Assembly (NCBI GenBank): GCA_002339725.1
Contig: DDKN01000001.1
Coordinates: forward strand, 173 to 64,172
Reading direction: 5' to 3'
Source of the DNA: Thiobacillus sp. UBA2597
GTDB taxonomy: Bacteria > Pseudomonadota > Gammaproteobacteria > Burkholderiales > Thiobacillaceae
Length of the DNA: 64,000 bases
Shown here: positions 18,540 to 35,637 of the stretch, piece by piece
Position numbering within the stretch: position 1 is the first letter of the stretch
Layout: every line of letters starts with the position of its first letter
The notes under the pieces: generated by a model
The model's input: only the letters and a program-made list of their open reading frames with translations
Database searches by the model: none
What the model was told of the DNA's origin: nothing
Translations under genes and position numbers: made by a program

Positions 18540-19134
18540 TGCGCGCCACCAGGTCGATCAGGGCCGACATGCCGTGGTGCTTGTAGCCCTCACTGATGAA
18601 GCTGTCGTGCGCCACGAGATGCAAAATCTCGAAGCCGGCGAACCCCTCGCGCAGAATCGCTTCGGTATACATATTGTCGGCGCTGGACGGCCCACCCGTG
18701 CCGTAGCGCAACTGCTCGGGCCGATAGCCCTGCAGCAGCAGAATCCCGCCCGGCTTCAAGGCCTCGCGCATCCGGGCGAACAGGGCCGGCTGCTGCGCCG
18801 AATTGGCGAACTGAACGAAGATCGCCACCACCACGTCATAGCGCGCCCTGCCCCAATCCCACTGTAAGAGATCGGCCTGTTCGAACTCGATCTCGACCCC
18901 GCGCGCCTTGGCCAGACGCCGGGCCTTGGCCTGGGCCACCGGCGAGAAATCGACCGCATGCACCTTGAGCCCCTGCTCGGCCAGCCAGACCCCGTTGCGC
19001 CCCTCGCCGTCGGCCATGGCCAACACAGTCTGGCCCGGCCGCAGCCGATGTCGTTGCGACAGGAGAAAGGCATTCGGCTCGGTGCCGTAGACATAGGCCT
19101 CGTCGGTATACAAGCTGTCCCAGAATTCGCGCAT
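18529..19134 (-). CDS. Class I SAM-dependent methyltransferase
   Basis: VLAMADGEGRNGVWLAEQG (motif I-like) and VVAIF. About 200 aa. Confidence 0.75.
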   Translation of the reverse strand: MREFWDSLYTDEAYVYGTEPNAFLLSQRHRLRPGQTVLAMADGEGRNGVWLAEQGLKVHAVDFSPVAQAKARRLAKARGVEIEFEQADLLQWDWGRARYDVVVAIFVQFANSAQQPALFARMREALKPGGILLLQGYRPEQLRYGTGGPSSADNMYTEAILREGFAGFEILHLVAHDSFISEGYKHHGMSALIDLVARKPA

Positions 19135-19226
19135 CGCCCTTCGCCTCAGCAAGCAGTTTCCCGATCATACGCCGACTCGGATGGAATCGTGTGGCGGCGC
19201 GCGCGGCGGCGTGCCGGCGGCCTGGC

Positions 19227-21083
19227 TCAGGCCGTCTCCGTGGCATTTTGGGCGGCCGCGCGGGCGCAATCGGGCGCGGGATCGACGCCCTTGCCGCACT
19301 CGCGCCGCTCGATGAACAGGCTGCTGCCCGCCTGCTGCTTGGCCAGTTTTTTCGCCTCGGCCGCGGCGCGTTCGACCTCGTGCCGCTGGCACAGGCCATC
19401 ACGCCTGACCGGCACGGCCCCGATCGAGAGGCTGACCAGGGGATGGAACACCAGATTGCCGCGCCGGTCTTCGCTGTAATAGCCGCCCTCGAGCTGATGC
19501 TCGCTTTGAAACAGGGCCACGCGCTCGGCATCGAACCGGTCCAGGATGCGTCGGCAGCGCGCCTGCCAATCCCGGCTTTGGAACAGGATGAAGAAATCAT
19601 CACCCCCGATGTGGCCGAGGAAATCCAGCCCCGGATCGCACTCCTCGGCCAGAAGCCGGGCGACCAGCTGGATCATGGCATCGCCCTTGCGATAGCCGTA
19701 GATGTCATTGAAGGGCTTGAAGTGATCGAGATCACAGTGGGCCGCGACGAATTCCACCCCGGCCGTCAGCAGGCGGTCGGTATGTTCGTGGATGGGCACG
19801 TTGCCCGGCAACAGGGTCAGGGGATTGGCGTAACGGGCCGCCACCACCTGCATCTCGGTGATGATCCGCATCAGGTCGTAGCCCGAGCCCATGCCGCGAT
19901 AGTGGCCGTTTTCGGTGATGACGAAACCGTCGGTGAAGGCCTGCTTGCCCTTCATCACCACCAGTTCCGACAGATCGGCGATGCGGGTGCCGATGTCCAC
20001 CACCAAGGGGTCTTTGTCCATGAACACGGAGCAGGGTTTCTTGCCATAGAGTTCACGGGTATAGATGCGGGTGAAGCGGTCGAGCAACAAAGGGCGGGTC
20101 AGGATGCCGACCGGCACATCGTCCTTGACCACGGCCAGGGCGTGCAGCCCCTGGTGTTTGAGCATCAGTTCCAGCACCTGCTCGCTCGGCGTGGTGGGGC
20201 TGACGACGGGCGCCTCGATCAACAGCATGCGCGCACAAGGCTGGGATGCCTGGCTCTGGGCCACGCTGGGAAAGACGCTGATCGCCCCGCGCCCGATATT
20301 CTGCAAGACCTCAGGTGCCAGCCCGGTCGTCGGCAGGGCGGCCGGCCGGCCGACCAAATAGCCCTGCACGAAGGCGACCCCCAGATCCCTGACGATGGCC
20401 AGCTCCGAGGCGGTCTCCACCCCTTCGGCGATGATCAGGGCGTTGGCGTTGTCCGCGATCTGCTGCATCGAGCGGACGAATTGCAGCTTGACCGGGTCCT
20501 GGTTCAGCCCGGCGATGAAATGCTTGTCGAGCTTGACGTAGGCCGGCTTCATTTCCGACCACAGGCGCAGGCTGGAAAAACCCTCGCCCAGATCGTCCAT
20601 CGCCACGCTCAGCCCTATCTGGCGCAGGGCCTCGCTCGCCTGGGCCAGCTCGGCATAATCCTCGATCGGCTCGCTCTCGGTCAGTTCCAGGATCAGGTCC
20701 TGGGGTGACAGACCGTAGGATTTGAGCACCCGGCCCAGGTTGGCCGGCTGGAAATACGGCTCCAGCAGGCGCACAGGCCGCAAATTAACGAACAGTTTGC
20801 CGACCAGCTTGCGCTCGACGAAATTGCGCAAGGCCTGCTCGAAACAGAGCTGCTCGATTTCCGCCGCCAGACCGAAGCGGTCGGCCGCCCGCAACAGGGC
20901 CAGGGGGGCATGCAAAGGACTGTCCGAAGGCCCGCGGGTGAGCGCTTCATAGCCGTAGATACCCGGCTGGCGCATGTCCACGATGGGCTGAAACAGGGTG
21001 CTGATGCGCTGGCGCGCGATCACTTCCATCAAGGCGCTGTGCAGGGAGGCGAGATTCACGATAAGCGGATCGGACGAATGCAT
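19227..21083 (-). CDS. EAL - CBS pair - GGDEF-like signalling protein
   Basis: N-terminal EAL domain (YGYEALTRG, DDLGEGFSS), a central CBS-like region, and a C-terminal cyclase-like domain whose motif reads GGDDF. Confidence 0.85.
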   Translation of the reverse strand: MHSSDPLIVNLASLHSALMEVIARQRISTLFQPIVDMRQPGIYGYEALTRGPSDSPLHAPLALLRAADRFGLAAEIEQLCFEQALRNFVERKLVGKLFVNLRPVRLLEPYFQPANLGRVLKSYGLSPQDLILELTESEPIEDYAELAQASEALRQIGLSVAMDDLGEGFSSLRLWSEMKPAYVKLDKHFIAGLNQDPVKLQFVRSMQQIADNANALIIAEGVETASELAIVRDLGVAFVQGYLVGRPAALPTTGLAPEVLQNIGRGAISVFPSVAQSQASQPCARMLLIEAPVVSPTTPSEQVLELMLKHQGLHALAVVKDDVPVGILTRPLLLDRFTRIYTRELYGKKPCSVFMDKDPLVVDIGTRIADLSELVVMKGKQAFTDGFVITENGHYRGMGSGYDLMRIITEMQVVAARYANPLTLLPGNVPIHEHTDRLLTAGVEFVAAHCDLDHFKPFNDIYGYRKGDAMIQLVARLLAEECDPGLDFLGHIGGDDFFILFQSRDWQARCRRILDRFDAERVALFQSEHQLEGGYYSEDRRGNLVFHPLVSLSIGAVPVRRDGLCQRHEVERAAAEAKKLAKQQAGSSLFIERRECGKGVDPAPDCARAAAQNATETA

Positions 21084-21416
21084 TCGGGCGCCCGACTCTA
21101 ACCCGCCCAGTTTTCAGTGGCGTGACAGACCTTTTTCCCCGCGCGCCGGTGTCGGCGTCGGGCGCGCGGCAGCCAGGCCCGGCAGTTTTTACAACGGCGG
21201 GGCCGGACCGACAGGATTCCAGCGCGTCAGGCCTATGGCCGGCGCCCCACATCCGGTATAAAGCGGATATCGCACGATAAGAACACGGGCCATGACCCCG
21301 CGATAAAACCTGGAGGCACCATGCAGGACAACAGCACTGGGAGTGTTTCGACCATGAACGATGCCGTTCGAGGTGCCTCGCCCACAGCCTGATCGCGCCC
21401 TGCCTGGCTCAACGCA

Positions 21417-24206
21417 ATGCAAATCAGACTGCCCGCCCTTCCGGTTTCGTCCGCTCCCGCCTTCGCCCGCCTGCCGCGGACCCCGCAGGCCTATTGGGCG
21501 CTCGCCTTCGGCCTCATCTTCCTCTTGGCCCAGTTCGTGCCCGGCCGGCAATTCCGGATGGGCCAGGACGGCTATGCCGTGCTGCATACGGTGCTGGAGT
21601 TCCTGTCCATGGCGGTCTGCCTGCAGGTCTTCCTGATCAGCCTGCGCCCCGACCCCAGCCGCCGCCTGGGCGAAGGGCTGATCGGGCCGGGCCTTCTGGT
21701 GGTGGGCCTGATCGACCTGGCGCATGCCCTCTCCTACCCCGGCATGCCTGCCTTCGTCAGCGCCAGCGACAGCGAAAAGGCTATCGATTTCTGGCTGGCC
21801 GCCCGGCTGCTCGCCGCCCTCACCCTGCTCGGCGCGGCCCTCTACTGGAACCGCCAGAGCCGCCACGCCTGGGGCCGCGCTCTGTTTGGTCTGCTCGCCC
21901 TGGGCTACGGCGCGCTCACCTACTGGCTGGTGCTCTGGCACCCAGCCGCCTTGCCGCGCACCTTCATCCCCGACAGCGGACTCACGCCCTTCAAGATCGG
22001 CACCGAGTACACCATCGTCGGCCTGCATCTTTTCACCCTGCTGCTGTTCCTCACCCCCGCGCGCCGACAGTCCGGCAACGGCACCGCCGCCTGGCTCGCC
22101 ACCGCAGTCTGGATCATGGCCCTGTCCGAGCTGTTCTTCACCCTCTATGCCAGCGTCACCGATCTTTACAATCTGCTCGGTCATCTCTTCAAGGTCACGG
22201 CCTACGGCATCATCTACCGCAGCCTGGTCTACAGCCGCATCGAACGGCCGCTGCAATTGCTGGAAGCGGCCGAGCAGCGCTTCGACCTGGCCGTGCGCGG
22301 CAGCAACGACGGCATCTGGGATTACGATCTGACCCGCAACATGATCTACTTCTCGCCGCGCTGGAAGGCCATCCTCGGTTATGCGGAGAGCGAGATCGGC
22401 GATTCGCCGGCCGAGTTTTACGACCGAGTGCACCCGGACGACCAGGCCCGGGTCCGGGCCGCGCTCGATGCCCATCTCGCCGGGCAGACGGCTGACTATC
22501 AGGCCGAGTACCGCCTGCGCACCAAGTCGGGCGACTATCTCTGGGTCATGTCCCGCGGTCTGGCCCTGTTCGACCAGCAGCACCGGCCGATCCGGATCGC
22601 CGGCACCACCAGCGACATCAGCGAGCGCAAGCGTTTCGAGGAGGCCCTGCGCCAGAGCGAGGCGCGCCTGAAAGAGGCCCAGCGCAACGCCGCCATCGGC
22701 GACTGGCATCTCGACCTGGTGACCCGGGAGTTCAGTTGTTCGGACGAGTTCTACCGCATCCTCGGGGCCGATCCCTACCAGACCCGGATCGACAATATGG
22801 ATGCCCTGCTCGGCTACATCCATCCCGAGGACAGGCAGCAGGTGGAGGCCGCCTACTGGCAGTCGGTGCAGGAGCGGCAACCCTTCGACCTGGATCACCG
22901 CCTGCTGTTGGCCAACGGCGGGGTGCGCCATATCCACGTGCGCGCCGTGCACCGCTATGCCGCCGACGGCACCCCCCTGGGCAGCGACGGCACCATGCAG
23001 GACATCACCCCGCGCAAGACGGCGGAACTGGAACTCGCCCGGCATCGACGCTATCTGGAGGAAATGGTCTCCCTGCGCACCGCCGAACTCGCCAGCCGGG
23101 AGGAGCAATACCGCCTGGTCGCCGACTACACCTACGACCTGGAAACCTGGATCGGCGAAGACGGCCAATACCGCTATGTCTCGCCCGCCTGCCAACAGCT
23201 GACCGGTTACGAGGCGGGGGAACTGATCGCCGATCCGGGCCTGCTGGCGCGCATCGCCCACCCCGACGACCGCGCCACCGTGCGCCAGCTGTTCGAGCGC
23301 TGCTATGTCGAACGCCACGTGAACCGTCTGGAGTTCCGATTGATCCGGCGCGACGGCCGCATCATCTGGGTCGAGCATGTGGGCCAGCCGGTCTACGGCC
23401 GGGACGGCAGCTATCGGGGCTATCGCAGCAGCACGCGCGACATCACCCTGCGCAAGCAGGCGCTGCTGCAACTGCAGGAGGCGAAGCAGCGGGCGGAAGA
23501 AGCCGATCGGGTGAAATCGGCCTTTCTCGCCACCATGTCGCACGAACTGCGCACCCCGCTCAACTCCATCATCGGCTTCACCGGCGCCCTGCAGATGGGC
23601 CTGGCCGGACCGCTCACCGAGGAGCAGGCCAGACAACTCGGCTATGTGCGCGACAGCGGCCAGCACCTGTTGAACCTGATCAACGACATTCTGGACCTGT
23701 CCAAGATCGAGGCGGGCCAGCTGACGGTCGAATTCAAACCCTTTGACCTGCGCGCCAGCATCCAGCAGGTGGTGAAGCTCAGCCAGCCCATGGCCGAAGC
23801 GAAGGGACTGCCGATCCGGCTCGAGCTCGACCCGGCGCTCGGTCAGATCGTGAGCGACCGGCACCGGGTCGACCAGATCCTGCTCAACCTGCTCTCCAAT
23901 GCGATCAAATTCACCGAGCGGGGCGAGATCGGCCTGCACTGCCGGGTCGAGGGCAGCGTGGTGCGGCTCAGCGTGAGCGACACCGGACCCGGCATCAGGC
24001 CGGAAAACTTCGCCAGGCTGTTCCAACCGTTCCAGCAGATCGACGACGGCCTCGGCCGCCAACACGAGGGCACCGGCCTCGGCCTGTCGATTTGCCAGCG
24101 CCTGGCTAAGCTGCTGGGCGGCGAGATCCAGGTCGAAAGCGAATGGGGCAAGGGGTCCGTCTTCAGCGTCACCCTGCCGATCTCACCGGATGCGCATGAA
24201 GCCTAA
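21417..24206 (+). CDS. Membrane sensor histidine kinase (polytopic MASE3-like N-terminus, three PAS domains, HisKA, HATPase)
   Basis: 7-8 TM helices, then repeated PAS blocks (DGIWDYDL..., HPEDRQ...), H-box MSHELRTPLNSIIGF, and GTGLGLSICQRLAKLLGG. Confidence 0.88.
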   Translation: MQIRLPALPVSSAPAFARLPRTPQAYWALAFGLIFLLAQFVPGRQFRMGQDGYAVLHTVLEFLSMAVCLQVFLISLRPDPSRRLGEGLIGPGLLVVGLIDLAHALSYPGMPAFVSASDSEKAIDFWLAARLLAALTLLGAALYWNRQSRHAWGRALFGLLALGYGALTYWLVLWHPAALPRTFIPDSGLTPFKIGTEYTIVGLHLFTLLLFLTPARRQSGNGTAAWLATAVWIMALSELFFTLYASVTDLYNLLGHLFKVTAYGIIYRSLVYSRIERPLQLLEAAEQRFDLAVRGSNDGIWDYDLTRNMIYFSPRWKAILGYAESEIGDSPAEFYDRVHPDDQARVRAALDAHLAGQTADYQAEYRLRTKSGDYLWVMSRGLALFDQQHRPIRIAGTTSDISERKRFEEALRQSEARLKEAQRNAAIGDWHLDLVTREFSCSDEFYRILGADPYQTRIDNMDALLGYIHPEDRQQVEAAYWQSVQERQPFDLDHRLLLANGGVRHIHVRAVHRYAADGTPLGSDGTMQDITPRKTAELELARHRRYLEEMVSLRTAELASREEQYRLVADYTYDLETWIGEDGQYRYVSPACQQLTGYEAGELIADPGLLARIAHPDDRATVRQLFERCYVERHVNRLEFRLIRRDGRIIWVEHVGQPVYGRDGSYRGYRSSTRDITLRKQALLQLQEAKQRAEEADRVKSAFLATMSHELRTPLNSIIGFTGALQMGLAGPLTEEQARQLGYVRDSGQHLLNLINDILDLSKIEAGQLTVEFKPFDLRASIQQVVKLSQPMAEAKGLPIRLELDPALGQIVSDRHRVDQILLNLLSNAIKFTERGEIGLHCRVEGSVVRLSVSDTGPGIRPENFARLFQPFQQIDDGLGRQHEGTGLGLSICQRLAKLLGGEIQVESEWGKGSVFSVTLPISPDAHEA

Positions 24207-24581
24207 CGTCCTCTACATCGAAGACAACGAACAGAACCAATACCTGGTCCGCTATCTGCTGGAACAGCGGGGCTTGCGCGTCACCCTGGCGGTGGACGGC
24301 AGCGAAGGCATCCGCCTGGCGACCGAGGCCCCGCCCGACCTCATTCTGCTCGACATTCAGCTGCCGGGCATGGACGGCTATCAGGTCGCCCGCATTCTGA
24401 AAGGCATTCCGGAGCTGGCCGTCGTCCCCATCGTCGCCGTCACTTCGTATGCCATGGTGGGCGACCGTGAGCGCGCCATCGCCTGCGGCTGCAACGGTTA
24501 CATCGAAAAACCGATCGAGCCGGAGCACTTTTTCGAGCAGATCGCGCGCTATCTGCCGGACGCGGCGCGGAGGGACAAGTG

Positions 24582-24582
<1 letters not shown>
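24190..24582 (+). CDS. Single-domain response regulator (receiver)
   Basis: YIEDNEQN...[14 protein letters not shown]...VAVTSYAM...KPI. Overlaps the kinase 3' end. An alternative ATG lies at 24196. Confidence 0.85.
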
Positions 24583-28643
<4,061 letters not shown>

Positions 28644-28692
28644 CATAGGATTCCATAAAGCCTGCACACAATTCGACCGGGAGCCCCACACC

Positions 28693-29841
28693 ATGAACAG
28701 CACATTCGACCTCGATGTCGCCAGCGACAAAAAGAAGATCCTGATCACCGACGACGACCCGATCGTGGCCAGCATGCTCGAGGCGGCCCTGGCTGACGAC
28801 TTCGAGGTGAAGATCGCCGGCTCGGGCGAGGCCTGCCTGCAACTGGTGCCCGACTACAAGCCCGACCTGGTGCTGCTCGACATCGAGATGCCGGGCATGG
28901 ATGGCTACGCCACCTGCCAGGCCCTGCAGGAGCAGTCGGCCGTGCATTTCGTGCCGGTCATCTTCGTCTCTTCGCACGACAGCCTGGAGGAGCGACTGCG
29001 CGCCTATGAAGTGGGCGGGGTCGACTTCATCATCAAGCCGTTCGAGCCGGAAGAGCTGCTGCAAAAGGCGCAGATCGCGATCGGCCTCAAGGCCGAGCGC
29101 GAGCAACTGGCCCAGGAAAAGGAATCCATGCAGCAGATGGCCATGAGCTTTCTCACCAACCTGGGTGAAAGCGGCGTGGTCCTCAAGTTCCTGCGCAACT
29201 GCTTCACCTGCACCGATTACGCCGCCCTGGCCAGGATGGCGATCGAGGCCATGGCCGAATACGGCCTGGAGGCGCTGGTGCAGATCCGCACCCCGCACGG
29301 CAACTACACCTATACCCCGTCCGGCCACGCCTCGGAACTGGAGACCTCGGTCTTCGCCAAGACCCACTCGCTCGACCGCATCTTCCAGTTCAAGAGCCGC
29401 ATGATCATCAACTACCCGCACACCTCGCTGCTGGTGAACAACATGCCGCTCGACAACCCCGATCTGTGCGGCCGCATCCGCGACAATGCGGCCTTCATCG
29501 CCGAGGGGGTGGAGGCCAGCGCCACGGCGATCATGCTGCGCGAGGATGTCGTGCGCCACGTCGAACAACAGAAGCAGGTCGCCCAGCAGACGATGGCGGC
29601 GATCGAAAACCTGCGCGAGCAATACCGCAAGCAACAGTCGGACACCCGCTATATCCTGCACAGCCTGACCGAGAACATGGAGAAGCTTTACGTCTATCTG
29701 GGCCTGACCGAAGGCCAGGAGAAGGCGGTGGCCGACACGGTGCGCGCCTCGGTGGAAGAGGCGCTCCAGCTGTTCGAGCGGGGCCTCGATTTCGAGGGCC
29801 AGTTCGCCAGCGTGCTGGCGGCCCTGAAAAAGGTGGCCTAG
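28693..29841 (+). CDS. Response regulator with an unrecognised C-terminal output domain of about 250 aa
   Basis: Receiver ILITDDD...VLLDIEMPGMDGY...DFIIKPF, then sequence I cannot assign (LKFLRNCFTCTDYAALARMAIEAMAEYG...). Confidence 0.8.
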   Translation: MNSTFDLDVASDKKKILITDDDPIVASMLEAALADDFEVKIAGSGEACLQLVPDYKPDLVLLDIEMPGMDGYATCQALQEQSAVHFVPVIFVSSHDSLEERLRAYEVGGVDFIIKPFEPEELLQKAQIAIGLKAEREQLAQEKESMQQMAMSFLTNLGESGVVLKFLRNCFTCTDYAALARMAIEAMAEYGLEALVQIRTPHGNYTYTPSGHASELETSVFAKTHSLDRIFQFKSRMIINYPHTSLLVNNMPLDNPDLCGRIRDNAAFIAEGVEASATAIMLREDVVRHVEQQKQVAQQTMAAIENLREQYRKQQSDTRYILHSLTENMEKLYVYLGLTEGQEKAVADTVRASVEEALQLFERGLDFEGQFASVLAALKKVA

Positions 29842-29878
29842 CGTCGAAGGAACGGCCGACGGAACGGACAGTGAAGCG

Positions 29879-30979
29879 ATGGCACAAGACCGCATCCTGA
29901 TCGTCGATGACCAGCGCGAGAACCTCGCGCTCATCGGCGCCCTGCTCGGTGAGCAATACCAGGTGCTGACCGCCGAATCGGCCGAGGCCGCACTCGATTT
30001 GATCACCCGGGGCGAGGTACCCGACCTGATCCTGCTCGACATCGAGATGCCGGGCATGGACGGCTACGAAACCTGCCAGCGCCTGAAGTCGATGCCGGGC
30101 ACCCGCCCCATCCCCATCATCTTCCTGACCGGCCGCTCCAGCATCGACGACGAGACCTATGGCCTCCAACTCGGCGCGGTCGACTACATCACCAAACCGG
30201 TCAGCCCGCCCATCCTGGAGGCGCGCATCCGCACCCAGCTCTCGCTCAAGCACGCGAGCGACCAGCTGCGCAATCAGAACGCCTGGCTCGAACAGCGCGT
30301 GGCCGAGCGCACCGCCGAACTGCTCAAGCGCACGGAGGAGGTGATCCTGACCCAGGACACCACCATCCTGGCCCTGGCCAGCCTGGCCGAGACGCGCGAC
30401 AACGAGACCGGCAATCACATCCTGCGCACCCAGAACTACGTCAAGGCCCTGGCCATCCAGGTGCGCGAGCAGCCGCGCTTCCGGCGCGAACTGTCCTGGG
30501 AGCAGATCGAGCTGCTGCACAAGTCGGCCCCGCTGCACGATGTGGGCAAGGTCGGCATCCCCGATCACATCCTGCAAAAGCCGGGCAAGCTCACGCCGCA
30601 GGAGTTCGAGATCATGAAGACCCACACCACGCTGGGGCACGACGCCATCCTGGCGGCCGAGGCCAAGCTCGATGCCTCGACCTCCTTCCTGCGCGTGGCG
30701 CGCGAGATTGCCCACGCCCACCACGAGAAGTGGGATGGCAGCGGCTATCCCCAGGGACTGGCGGGCGAGGCGATTCCACTCTCGGCCCGCCTGATGGCGC
30801 TGGCCGACGTCTACGATGCCCTGATCAGCCAGCGCGTCTACAAACCGGCCTTCCCCCACGAGCAGGCGGTGCGCATCATCGCCGAGGGCCGCGGCAGCCA
30901 CTTCGACCCCGACCTGACCGACGCCTTTGTCGCCAGCGCCGAACAGTTCCGGGCCATCGCCCAACGCTACAAGGATTAG
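29879..30979 (+). CDS. Two-component response regulator with HD-GYP c-di-GMP phosphodiesterase domain (RpfG family)
   Basis: Receiver ILIVDDQ...LLDIEMPGMDGY, then HDVGKVGIPDHIL and HHEKWDGSGYPQGL. Confidence 0.9.
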   Translation: MAQDRILIVDDQRENLALIGALLGEQYQVLTAESAEAALDLITRGEVPDLILLDIEMPGMDGYETCQRLKSMPGTRPIPIIFLTGRSSIDDETYGLQLGAVDYITKPVSPPILEARIRTQLSLKHASDQLRNQNAWLEQRVAERTAELLKRTEEVILTQDTTILALASLAETRDNETGNHILRTQNYVKALAIQVREQPRFRRELSWEQIELLHKSAPLHDVGKVGIPDHILQKPGKLTPQEFEIMKTHTTLGHDAILAAEAKLDASTSFLRVAREIAHAHHEKWDGSGYPQGLAGEAIPLSARLMALADVYDALISQRVYKPAFPHEQAVRIIAEGRGSHFDPDLTDAFVASAEQFRAIAQRYKD

Positions 30980-31981
30980 CGCCAGACCCCGCTCGGCGGG
31001 GTATAACTGTCGAGCACCCGCTTGTAGCCGGCCCGGGCATAGGCTGCCGGGTCGGCCAGGTTGCGCTGGCTCATGCTGCCCTTGAGCTGCCGGACCGAGG
31101 CGTATTCCCGCTCGCGCAGCCAGGCCTCGATCCCGTGCAGGATCTGGCTCAGCCGCTCAGGGCCGTGCTGCAGCAGGCAGCTGGCCAGATGCACCACATC
31201 GGCCCCGGCCAGCAGCATCTTCAGGGCCTCGTCCGGCCCATGCACGCCGCCGGTGGCGGCCAGGCTCAGCTGCGTGCGGCCATGCAGAATGCCGATCCAG
31301 CGCAGGCGCAACAGGGCATCGTCCGGCGTCGACAGATGAATCTCGTCCGTCATGCTCAGGCTGGAAAGATCGATGTCGGGCTGATAGAAGCGGTTGAACA
31401 GGGCCACGCCGTTGGCGCCCGCCGCCTCCAGACGCTTGACGAAATTGGGCAGCGAGGAGAAGAAGGGCGACAGCTTCATCACGATCGGCAGCGATACCGC
31501 ATGGCGCAGTTCCTTGAGCAGCTCGATATAGCGCTGCTCCACCGCCTCGGCCGGGTCATCGGCATTGGCCGCGATGTGATAGACGTTGAGTTCCAGGGCA
31601 TCGGCGCCAGCCTGTTGCAATTCGGTGCCCAGATCGACCCAGCCGCCGAGCGAGATGCCGTTCAGGCTGGCGATGACCGGGATGTCCAGGCTTTCCTTCA
31701 AGCGGCGCAGCTGTTCGAGATAGCGGTCGAGGCTGCTCATGTAGCGGCCCAGATCGGGCAGGAAGCCCGACGCCTCGCCGTGCCCCAGGGCCGGATTGAG
31801 CAGGAAACGTTCGGCCATCGCCTCCTCCACCCGCAGCTCCTCCTCGAACAGCGAGTACATGACGATGGCCGCCGCCCCGGCATCCTCCAGTTGGCGTGCC
31901 TTGCCCAGGCTCTTGGACAAGGGCGAGGCCGAAGGCACCAGCGGATTCTTCAGTTTGAGCCCGACATAGTCAGTGGACAGA

Positions 31982-31989
<8 letters not shown>
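30976..31989 (-). CDS. Dihydroorotate dehydrogenase-like TIM-barrel protein (PFOR-associated)
   Basis: LKNPLVPSASPLS...LELNVY...VMKLSP resembles class-1 DHOD. 8-nt overlap with the PFOR gene. Confidence 0.75.
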
Positions 31990-35560
<3,571 letters not shown>

Positions 35561-35637
35561 ATGGAGCACCCCGGTATTTAAGACGTCGCGGTCTTCATAT
35601 TAGACCACGCCGGAGGCTTTGCCGCCCGGGCGTCCGG

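Noticed and set aside
21189-24065. 958-aa ORF on the minus strand
   Set aside because: Shadow ORF opposite the MASE3-like/PAS kinase. No recognisable domains.
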